Source: Spirochaetaceae bacterium (GTDB lineage: Bacteria; Spirochaetota; Spirochaetia; B11-G9). From it: 35,865 nt of DNA. Of the stretch, positions 16,778 to 23,590 are shown piece by piece (the first letter of the stretch is position 1; each line of letters opens with the position of its first letter). The notes below the pieces were generated by a model. It ran no database searches. It saw only the letters and a list, made by a program, of their open reading frames with translations, and was not told the origin of the DNA. The position numbers and the translations under genes are program-made. The stretch spans positions 1-35,865 of the forward strand of contig DAOWEB010000035.1 of assembly GCA_030638735.1 (NCBI GenBank), in the 5' to 3' direction.

Positions 16778-17137
16778 CTATTCCTCCAATGCTTCTAATA
16801 ATTCATGCCACCTTCTACCCCTACTATCTGCTGATTCTATGACTTTGATATTGTGTTCTATATCAATCAAAAACTTGTTGAATCTTGGATCTGTAAATTG
16901 TTCTCCATATTTTATTATGCTTAAAGTGCTTTCTATTAAAGCTACTAACATTTTAGGGGAGGCTTTGATTAGATTTGCATTTTTTGCTTTTACATCTTCA
17001 ATACAATATTTTCCATTATTATCTAATATCTGTTGCCGTGTTTCTTTTCGCTCTGGAAGAGGTTGATATATACATCCTGTATTCCAAGGCCCCGGTGTAA
17101 TTTCAAAAACTTCATATACTCTTTCAGGTGTTATCAT
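16778..17137 (-). CDS. Phage hypothetical protein of the TPGPW...NAxLIxAxP family (probable start MITPERV)
   Basis: ITPGPW and NANLIKASPKMLVAL motifs. Confidence 0.65.
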   Translation of the reverse strand: MITPERVYEVFEITPGPWNTGCIYQPLPERKETRQQILDNNGKYCIEDVKAKNANLIKASPKMLVALIESTLSIIKYGEQFTDPRFNKFLIDIEHNIKVIESADSRGRRWHELLEALEE

Positions 17138-17759
17138 TTGAGTTTTCCTTATTATCTGGAGATTTCCCATATTGCTCAAAATAGGCTTCATTAAATTCTT
17201 CTTTGGGTTTCAGATTATTGCATCCTGTACATTCATAAGGAAAATCATCTAAACAACTGCAACCGATACAGCTATTTCCATCTTTTACAAATGTTCCCAT
17301 CTGTTCACTCTCCTTTAAGGCTTCTGTTACCATATTATATATTGTATTAAGCGTAGGAGTATGCAGGATACATTTCTGTTTTACCTCTTCCAAAGCATCC
17401 CTTAACTTTTTGTTTTTATCTTTATGTTCTTTATCTCTACCCATCCATTCTTCAATTACTACTATATCTAATCTACATTTTTCTTCTAACTTCTTTATTT
17501 CTACCTGATCGGTTACATGTATTTCTTGATACATCTTTGCACTTGTTAAAGAGTCTTTAACTTGTTCAGTGTAATCATCTATATCATTTTTAAGTAGTCT
17601 TATTTCTTTATCAAGGAATCTGTAATCTTCAACAGCCATTAAATAACCAAGTTTCAATTCCATTGTATGAGGTTCAATATATTCGCCATGAGACATAGAT
17701 AAATCATAACCCATATTCCTTGCTCTATTTTCAAACTCTTCTCTTATTTTATCCATCAC
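17124..17759 (-). CDS. Coiled-coil hypothetical protein with a C-terminal Cys cluster
   Basis: REEFE N-terminus, long coiled coil, CIGCSC...CTGC. Confidence 0.7.
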   Translation of the reverse strand: MMDKIREEFENRARNMGYDLSMSHGEYIEPHTMELKLGYLMAVEDYRFLDKEIRLLKNDIDDYTEQVKDSLTSAKMYQEIHVTDQVEIKKLEEKCRLDIVVIEEWMGRDKEHKDKNKKLRDALEEVKQKCILHTPTLNTIYNMVTEALKESEQMGTFVKDGNSCIGCSCLDDFPYECTGCNNLKPKEEFNEAYFEQYGKSPDNKENSNDNT

Positions 17760-18049
17760 TTAACCACTCCAATTATCTTTAATGCTGCCATCCTACTCAC
17801 TTTTATAATCCCCTTCAGCTCACTTATTACAGAATTTTTTTCTTTTAATTCTTCCTCTAATTGTGATATTTTATTCTTCTGGTATTCCAGGGTTTTAACT
17901 ATCTCCCTATCAGCATATCTGTAAATTCTCGGCTTCCAGTATGCTCTGTCAATTAATATCCCAATAACTATACAAAATGATGAAATAACAACACCACTTA
18001 AATATGGCCATAGAGTATGTAGTATTATTGATATTTCATATTCAAGCAT
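17756..18049 (-). CDS. Membrane-anchored coiled-coil protein
   Basis: N-terminal hydrophobic segment followed by a coiled coil. Confidence 0.65.
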   Translation of the reverse strand: MLEYEISIILHTLWPYLSGVVISSFCIVIGILIDRAYWKPRIYRYADREIVKTLEYQKNKISQLEEELKEKNSVISELKGIIKVSRMAALKIIGVVK

Positions 18050-18254
18050 CTTTCCTCTTCCTTCCCGGTTTCTTACGGTTATAATTTACAATTGCCTTCA
18101 GGTCTGTTTCTGTAAATACCCGGATAGATCCTACTTTGCCACGTGCAGACCTCCAAGGAATACCATTCCCATCCTCTTCCATCTTTTTAAGCCTGTAAAG
18201 AACTCCCTGTTTAGTCAATCCGGTTGCCCTGCTCACATCTTCAGTTGTTATCAT
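18042..18254 (-). CDS. MerR/Xis-like HTH DNA-binding protein with AT-hook-like KPGRKRK tail; leader of the accessory operon
   Basis: TTEDVSRATGLTKQGVLYRL...RVFTETDL, with an AAGGAG RBS. Confidence 0.75.
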   Translation of the reverse strand: MITTEDVSRATGLTKQGVLYRLKKMEEDGNGIPWRSARGKVGSIRVFTETDLKAIVNYNRKKPGRKRKDA

Positions 18255-18272
18255 ATGTTTCTCCTTGCAAAT

Positions 18273-18301
18273 AGCTTACTCCAAGTAAAATGATATGTCA
18301 A
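18273..18301 (-). promoter_or_regulatory. Leftward promoter of the accessory operon
   Basis: TTGACA-17-TAAGCT. Confidence 0.7.
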
Positions 18302-18325
18302 GAGTAAAATATATACAAAATTGTG

Positions 18326-18363
18326 TTGACATATGTCTATTACTATTATACAGTAATAGACAA
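18326..18363 (+). promoter_or_regulatory. Operator-containing promoter, copy 2 (perfect 11-bp inverted repeat)
   Basis: TTGACA-17-TACAGT, with TGTCTATTACT-N7-AGTAATAGACA at 18334-18362. Confidence 0.8.
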
Positions 18364-18376
18364 GGAGACTAATAAA

Positions 18377-18544
18377 ATGAAAGAAAATAAACCAGAATTA
18401 GATTTATCAGTAAGTAAATGTCATGTTTGCGGTGCTCCTATGTGGAAGGATATTCCTAAAAGAATCGAACGATGTACACACTATGCTTGTAGTGTAAAGA
18501 ATATTGACTTTTCTATCAGGGTGAAAGAGGATCTTAAGAAATGA
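18377..18544 (+). CDS. Small zinc-finger protein (probable start MKENK)
   Basis: AAGGAG RBS; CHVCGAPM...CTHYAC. Confidence 0.7.
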   Translation: MKENKPELDLSVSKCHVCGAPMWKDIPKRIERCTHYACSVKNIDFSIRVKEDLKK

Positions 18545-18708
18545 GTCAATACATAGATGATGAATGCAAAAGCTGTGATGAATATAATAGTACTTATGGT
18601 TGTATGTGGCATGATTGCCAGATATATATTGAAAATAAATTAGGCCGGGCAGAAATGGCTGCTGATGATGAACTGGAGAGAAGAAAGGATGAAAGATTAG
18701 GACTGTAA
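18541..18708 (+). CDS. Small Cys-rich acidic protein (55 aa)
   Basis: My translation: MSQYIDDECKSCDEYNSTYGCMWHDCQIYIENKLGRAEMAADDELERRKDERLGL, with an ATGA overlap. Confidence 0.65.
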   Translation: MSQYIDDECKSCDEYNSTYGCMWHDCQIYIENKLGRAEMAADDELERRKDERLGL

Positions 18709-18722
18709 GAATAAGCCTGGAG

Positions 18723-19139
18723 TCAATCCAGGCTGTTAATCCCTATATATGTTAATTCCCCAAGTACGACCGATGACAACCCTATTATTACATATTTCAT
18801 GATTTTAATCTGTAATTGTTGCCGATTCGATAAACTCTGCAAAGTCTGTATTGATAAGCCCATATTCTGCAAGGTCTGATTCTGTTTTTTCGCTTCCTGC
18901 TGTGAGGTTGTCAATGATTCGTTCAAGTTCGATATTGTCCGTTTCGAGTTCCTGATTGTATCCTTTGCTTTTAATAAGTTCGCTTTGGATAACCTCATTT
19001 GTTCTAGTAAGCTCTGTTCGTTGCTTTTGTAACGATTCAATAATAGAGTCAAGCTGACCTTTTCCTGAGAAGATAAACCAAATAAGGCCGATGATAATGA
19101 GAGAAAGAATAATAATAGCAATAGTTTTTTTATATTCAA
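18723..19139 (-). CDS. Spanin-like protein B: signal peptide, coiled coil and C-terminal hydrophobic anchor
   Basis: MNIKKLLLLLFFLSLSSALFG-, heptad coil, YVIIGLSSVVLGELTYIGI. Nested in a different frame over protein A; no Cys. Confidence 0.6.
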   Translation of the reverse strand: MNIKKLLLLLFFLSLSSALFGLSSQEKVSLTLLLNRYKSNEQSLLEQMRLSKANLLKAKDTIRNSKRTISNLNESLTTSQQEAKKQNQTLQNMGLSIQTLQSLSNRQQLQIKIMKYVIIGLSSVVLGELTYIGINSLD

Positions 19140-19146
19140 TTGTCAC
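18805..19146 (-). CDS. Spanin-like protein A (i-spanin/Rz-like): N-terminal TM and coiled coil
   Basis: KKTIAIIILSLIIIGLIWFIF TM segment, then an acidic coiled coil. GTGA overlap with the holin stop. Confidence 0.65.
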   Translation of the reverse strand: MTIEYKKTIAIIILSLIIIGLIWFIFSGKGQLDSIIESLQKQRTELTRTNEVIQSELIKSKGYNQELETDNIELERIIDNLTAGSEKTESDLAEYGLINTDFAEFIESATITD

Positions 19147-19379
19147 CTCTTTAAATCCTTAATAAAGACAAGAGCTTTTTCTCCAAAGACAGTTATAAGA
19201 ACTATAAATATCCAAGTATAACCTACTGCTGGCTCTGGGATCATCTCACCCCTGATAAGATAAATAGTCCCAGCTAGCACAATACCTTTCATACCTAACA
19301 ATTTATTAACTGCATTTATTACCCTGGCAGGTAAATATTTGACGGCCTCAACAAATGTCATATCTTTATAATCTGTCAT
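19143..19379 (-). CDS. Putative holin (two TM segments)
   Basis: 78 aa, two hydrophobic segments and a basic C-terminus, next to the lysin. Confidence 0.6.
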   Translation of the reverse strand: MTDYKDMTFVEAVKYLPARVINAVNKLLGMKGIVLAGTIYLIRGEMIPEPAVGYTWIFIVLITVFGEKALVFIKDLKR

Positions 19380-19381
19380 TC

Positions 19382-19837
19382 TTAGACTCCAATGTTGTAG
19401 TAGCGTATTGACATCAAATTACTAAAATGTATCTTAGGCATATACGGATCGTAATGCTCTCTCCTGAAGTGGCCGTTACCGTTCTTAGTCTTAAACTGGA
19501 GTATCATAAACATTCCGTATTTCTTACCCCAGGAGTCACGATCTGTTAAATATCTTGCTCCTGAATATGTTACCTTATCATGACAATCAAAAACTTCCAG
19601 AATATCCTGCAAAACTTTTGTATGGGAATTAATATAGCAGTCTTTACCCATTAACGGAATTTCTTCCCCATTCCGGATAAATGTAGTAGTGGTCAAATGA
19701 TCATAAAGTTTATTGATAGTTTTAGGTATAAAATCATGTCCAGTATATTTTTCGGCTATATCCATAAGGGAGAAGAAAAGACAGCCGTATTTATTTATAT
19801 TTTCATTAAAGGATTTATCTGTTTGTTTGTATTTCAT
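19382..19837 (-). CDS. DUF261-like protein; putative cysteine-peptidase-type endolysin
   Basis: KYKQTD...INKYGCLFFSL...GHF...YDPY resembles spirochaete DUF261 and a C39-like Cys-His-Asp triad. It occupies the lysin position. Confidence 0.6.
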   Translation of the reverse strand: MKYKQTDKSFNENINKYGCLFFSLMDIAEKYTGHDFIPKTINKLYDHLTTTTFIRNGEEIPLMGKDCYINSHTKVLQDILEVFDCHDKVTYSGARYLTDRDSWGKKYGMFMILQFKTKNGNGHFRREHYDPYMPKIHFSNLMSIRYYNIGV

Positions 19838-19838
19838 A

Positions 19839-20240
19839 TCAGCCTCCGATATAAGGCAAAAGCCCCAAAATAATCATTGCCAGAACCCCTGCAACAACAA
19901 GCCATTGAGTAATATTAAATTTCTTATTATTTTCCATTGCTTCTATTGCTTTGGTGTTTTGTTTAACATGTTCATCTATCCTGGTAACAGTTTGTTCTAA
20001 ATCACCTATTCTAATACCTGATTTTTCGCTTGATTCTCCGGTTTGTGTCTGACAGTGCCTTACTTGTTTTTGCATATCATCTCTCAATAACTCAAAATTT
20101 GCGTAATGTTCACCTGATTGTTTAGTTAGCCTTTCAATTTCTTTATCATGAGAATCTTTATTTGCTTTCAATTCTACTATCAGGGGCTTGATAGCCTCGT
20201 CAAATAGCTCTTTTATATCTTTCCTGTTTAATTGCTCCAT
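19839..20240 (-). CDS. Coiled-coil protein with C-terminal TM (XhlA-like lysis accessory)
   Basis: RIGDLEQTVTRIDEHVK...QWLVVAGVLAMIILGLLPYI; first gene of the lysis cassette. Confidence 0.6.
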   Translation of the reverse strand: MEQLNRKDIKELFDEAIKPLIVELKANKDSHDKEIERLTKQSGEHYANFELLRDDMQKQVRHCQTQTGESSEKSGIRIGDLEQTVTRIDEHVKQNTKAIEAMENNKKFNITQWLVVAGVLAMIILGLLPYIGG

Positions 20241-20258
20241 TTAAGCCCCCAAAATAAT

Positions 20259-20287
20259 AGAATATCACTATTACAGTTTTTTTGCAA
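20259..20287 (-). promoter_or_regulatory. Promoter of the lysis cassette
   Basis: TTGCAA-17-TATTCT with an extended TG. Confidence 0.55.
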
Positions 20288-20295
20288 TTAATTTA

Positions 20296-20333
20296 TTGAC
20301 AATTGTATAGATATGTTATAATATGATAGACAA
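20296..20333 (+). promoter_or_regulatory. Operator-containing promoter, copy 3
   Basis: TTGACA-17-TAATAT-GATAGACAA, containing TGTATA-N17-TAGACA. Confidence 0.75.
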
Positions 20334-20355
20334 TAATAACTATATGGAGGGTCTT

Positions 20356-20538
20356 ATGACTGTAATAGAATTAGCCGTTGATAGTGGTAGATCAGATATG
20401 ACTATCAGAAGGTGGATTAGGGCGGAAAGGATACCATTTAAAAGAATAGGTTTACGGGAGATTTTCGTTGAACCTGCAGACTGGGAAAAGTTCTGTTCTG
20501 ATAATAATATCAAGAGGAAGGGGGGGAGAATAAAATGA
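20356..20538 (+). CDS. Excisionase-like HTH (HTH_17) DNA-binding protein
   Basis: MTVIELAVDSGRSDMTIRRWIRAERIPFKRIG; GGAGG RBS before ATG 20356. Confidence 0.8.
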   Translation: MTVIELAVDSGRSDMTIRRWIRAERIPFKRIGLREIFVEPADWEKFCSDNNIKRKGGRIK

Positions 20539-21731
20539 ATGACTGGCGGTATATGAAGGATCGAGATTTTAAGGAAGGACGGAACTATCTCGGAGCCAGT
20601 GATGCTCCAACAATTGCGGGAATAAATCCATATCAAACCCCACTTGAATTATGGGAAATATTCACAGGTAGAGAAAAAGGTTTTACCGGTAATGAACTTA
20701 CCAAATGGGGACATATTCAAGAAATCAATATTCTGGCTGAATATGTACAGAAAATAACCGGATCAAGTGAACAAAGAAATGATTTCATTACTTCCCGAGT
20801 CTGGGGAGAAGAAAAGTTTAATAAGTTCCATTCATGGACAGAGGCAGTTTATCCAGAAAATAACCGGATATTGTCCCATGCTGATCTTTTAGACTTATCC
20901 GGAGAGATTCCCGTAATAATTCAGGCTAAGAATTCCGGGGAATTTGCAGCTGCTACCCGTAAAAAAGATGTAAATAAAGGTTATGACCGGGAAGATATGA
21001 CCAGCAATGGTATTCCTTTATCTGTTTACTTCCAGGAACAAATTGAGTTATTGACTTATGGGCTCCCCAGGGCATGGGTAGCGGTTCTTATTGGTGGTAA
21101 TTCTTGGAAACTGTATGGACCAATTGAATATAATAAAAAAACAGTTGAAAAGCTTCTTGCTTTATATATGAGATTCCTCTGGCATGTTGATAAGGATATC
21201 GCTCCAACTCCTGAGACCTGGAGCGATGTTGTAAAATTATTTCCTAATTTCAAGAAGAATACAAAAGCGGTTGTATCTGATGAGGCGGAAATTGAATGCC
21301 GTCAAATGCTTGAAGAACACGGGAAAATAGGTCTGAAGATTAAGGAACTTGAAGGCCAGAAAGATAATATTAAAAATGCCCTGGGATTATTTATCGGCGG
21401 GAATAATTATCTTGAGACCCCGGACGGACGGAACCTTGCTTCTGCTTCTGAGATTAAAGGACGGGAAAGTATATCTGTATCATCACTCAAAAAGTTCCCG
21501 GAACTCTATAAAACTGTGACAGAGGTGGGACTTATAACCACAAGCGATAGTTATAGACAACTTTATATTAAAGGCACGCCAGCGGGTAATATTGTTACTT
21601 ATACCCTTCTTACTACTGATGATGGAGAGAAATGGAAAAAATCCCGTAAAAAATATACTGGAGCTGAAAAGAAAGAGGCATACGCTTTATTAAAGAGCCT
21701 TAAAATTGATTGTAAATGGGAGAAAGTATAA
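20535..21731 (+). CDS. YqaJ/lambda-exonuclease family viral recombinase nuclease
   Basis: RNYLGASDAPTIAGINPYQTPLELW...WGHIQE...SHADLL...IIQAKN...YFQEQIEL. Confidence 0.88.
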   Translation: MNDWRYMKDRDFKEGRNYLGASDAPTIAGINPYQTPLELWEIFTGREKGFTGNELTKWGHIQEINILAEYVQKITGSSEQRNDFITSRVWGEEKFNKFHSWTEAVYPENNRILSHADLLDLSGEIPVIIQAKNSGEFAAATRKKDVNKGYDREDMTSNGIPLSVYFQEQIELLTYGLPRAWVAVLIGGNSWKLYGPIEYNKKTVEKLLALYMRFLWHVDKDIAPTPETWSDVVKLFPNFKKNTKAVVSDEAEIECRQMLEEHGKIGLKIKELEGQKDNIKNALGLFIGGNNYLETPDGRNLASASEIKGRESISVSSLKKFPELYKTVTEVGLITTSDSYRQLYIKGTPAGNIVTYTLLTTDDGEKWKKSRKKYTGAEKKEAYALLKSLKIDCKWEKV

Positions 21732-22084
21732 TGGGTGTGGATTTGTATTTATTACCGTTTGATTGTGATGATCCTGATTTAAGCTTTTCTCATACAATAT
21801 TGGATTGTGAAAGAGAAAGAGCTTTGTTTGGTTTAATATCAATTATATCTATAGAAAATGGAATAAAAGTACCTGACGGTTTTACAGGATTCTTGTCAAG
21901 AAAAAGTAATGGTGAATCAGGATATGGGGAAATAAAAGAAGATCCTTATGGGGATCCAGTAAAGTATGTAGATGCTGATAAATTGATTGAGATATGGAAA
22001 TCTGAATATGATAAAAACAAGGCTATATTATCATATTTGAAATGTTTACCGAATAATACTAAAGTAGCTTTATTTTGGCATTAA
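21731..22084 (+). CDS. Hypothetical protein (MGVD/MGLD-type phage family)
   Basis: TAATG overlap with the exonuclease stop. Confidence 0.7.
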   Translation: MGVDLYLLPFDCDDPDLSFSHTILDCERERALFGLISIISIENGIKVPDGFTGFLSRKSNGESGYGEIKEDPYGDPVKYVDADKLIEIWKSEYDKNKAILSYLKCLPNNTKVALFWH

Positions 22085-22089
22085 GTTAA

Positions 22090-22127
22090 TTGATTATTGT
22101 ATACAAATGATATACAATAATAGACAA
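22090..22127 (+). promoter_or_regulatory. Operator-containing promoter, copy 4
   Basis: TTGATT-17-TACAAT-AATAGACAAATAAAGAGT, containing TGTATA-N17-TAGACA. Confidence 0.7.
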
Positions 22128-22147
22128 ATAAAGAGTGAGGAGAATGT

Positions 22148-22339
22148 ATGAGAACTATTAAATTATGTGCAGGTTTAAGTCTGTCTCATAAATCAGATGG
22201 TATCTGGCTAAATTTTGAAACAAAAACTGGATTATATGCTTCTATTCAGTTAGCCAATACTTTCAAAGTGGGTATTATAAAATCTGCTATATTGGGTTGG
22301 GCTGAAGAACGACTACAGGAGGAAATTGATGGGAATTAA
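22148..22339 (+). CDS. Hypothetical protein
   Basis: GAGGAG RBS; 63 aa. Confidence 0.7.
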   Translation: MRTIKLCAGLSLSHKSDGIWLNFETKTGLYASIQLANTFKVGIIKSAILGWAEERLQEEIDGN

Positions 22340-23462
22340 AAAAGGCTTAACACCTAGGCTTGCTGAAGTCGGGAAAATCAAGATAGGAATGAAAGGAGAA
22401 GAAAGGAAAGGTAAAACTAAAATGTATCGTCTACCTGTAAGATTAGATCATTTTATAATTACCACAACAGAACGGGAAAATAAGAACGGAAATTTTATTC
22501 CGAACTGGGAATTAATGGAAAAGTTAGACCCAAAAGAAAATTGGATAGATGGTCAGATTCATGCGAAACCAAAAGAAATCCCTATTATATTTCTATTCGA
22601 TGATATTGATTTGAACTTTCAGACCTCCTTTGCATTCTATCAGGGCGCAAAATGCTTATGCCGTGGGGATGGTGAAACATCAGAAAGGCATTGCCTTAAA
22701 GCTGGTAAACAGAATGTATTTGCTGGAACGGATAACAAAAATAATCCGGTATTTGAAATGATGGACGTAAAAGCCGGGGCTATGGCAAAAGTTGAATGTG
22801 ATCCTGATATATGTCCATTCATGCAACCCAATTCAGATGGGATTACAAAGTGCAAACCATCAGGAATTCTCTCTTGTCTTATACCTGCATCAATGAACAT
22901 AGGTGGAGTATATCGGTTCAGGTCTCATTCATGGAATACCCTATCTAATATTCTTGCTTCCCTGGAACTCATTAAAACAATCACCGGTGGAATATTAGTC
23001 GGTCTGCCCATGAAGTTGCAAATGTTAAAAAAGGCGACTGAAAGCCATGGAAATGTTAATACGGTCAATGTAGTATTTGACGGTGAAACCCATCAAGAAA
23101 TGAGACAGTTAGCACTCATAGAGAACAAAAACCGTATGGAGCACGGAGTCAATATGCTACTCATTGAGGATAACGCCCGAAAAGCAGGTTTTACAAACGA
23201 CATAGATGACCCGGCAGATATTGAAGCAGAATTTTATGTTGAATCTGAAGAGAAAAAAAAGCCTCCTGTAAATATCACAGATAGGGCGGATCTTGTTCTT
23301 GATGGTGTTCAGGATGAATCTTTTGTAGAACCAGAAGAAGAAACAGAACTGGAGCCAACTATTGAAGAGGATGAGCCTGAGCCAGAAAAATCTGATAAGC
23401 CAGAGACCACGGAAGAATCAAATAAAAAACAGCCTCCTGATGATGGATTGGAGATATTCTAA
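22329..23462 (+). CDS. Gp3-like (recombination directionality factor-like) protein; probable ssDNA-binding/annealing partner of YqaJ
   Basis: IKKGLTPRLAEVGKIKIG...CRGDG...CDPDICPF...CKPSGIL...GGVYRFRSHSWN, with a long acidic tail ending DDGLEIF. Confidence 0.7.
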   Translation: MGIKKGLTPRLAEVGKIKIGMKGEERKGKTKMYRLPVRLDHFIITTTERENKNGNFIPNWELMEKLDPKENWIDGQIHAKPKEIPIIFLFDDIDLNFQTSFAFYQGAKCLCRGDGETSERHCLKAGKQNVFAGTDNKNNPVFEMMDVKAGAMAKVECDPDICPFMQPNSDGITKCKPSGILSCLIPASMNIGGVYRFRSHSWNTLSNILASLELIKTITGGILVGLPMKLQMLKKATESHGNVNTVNVVFDGETHQEMRQLALIENKNRMEHGVNMLLIEDNARKAGFTNDIDDPADIEAEFYVESEEKKKPPVNITDRADLVLDGVQDESFVEPEEETELEPTIEEDEPEPEKSDKPETTEESNKKQPPDDGLEIF

Positions 23463-23467
23463 ACAAT

Positions 23468-23495
23468 AAAAATGCCCCTGCTATTAACAGGGGCA
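23468..23495 (-). terminator. Rho-independent terminator at the end of the late operon and sRNA
   Basis: On the minus strand, TGCCCCTG-TTAATAG-CAGGGGCA followed by TTTTT. Confidence 0.8.
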
Positions 23496-23541
23496 AGTAA
23501 ATAAAGGAAGGAGAACCTTATGAAAAAGACTGGCGGTCTTT
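23468..23541 (-). ncRNA. Candidate small RNA with 5' hairpin, anti-RBS core and terminator
   Basis: Promoter TTTACA-17-TATACT (23575-23547), 5' hairpin AAAGAC-CGCCA-GUCUUU, core UUCAUAAGGUUCUCCUUCCUUUAUU, and terminator UGCCCCUG...CAGGGGCA-UUUUU. Confidence 0.55.
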
Positions 23542-23590
23542 AAATCAGTATACTTTATATTATACCAATTGTAAACTGTTCAATAATAAA

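Noticed and set aside
20356-20538. Excisionase implying an integrating prophage, with the tRNA as attP
   Set aside because: I recognise no tyrosine or serine integrase, and there are no host flanks. HTH_17 proteins are often plain regulators.
23520-23543. 7-aa mini-ORF MKKTGGL as a functional peptide
   Set aside because: It cannot be excluded, but it has no evident plus-strand promoter. The minus-strand promoter, hairpin and terminator explain the region better as an sRNA.
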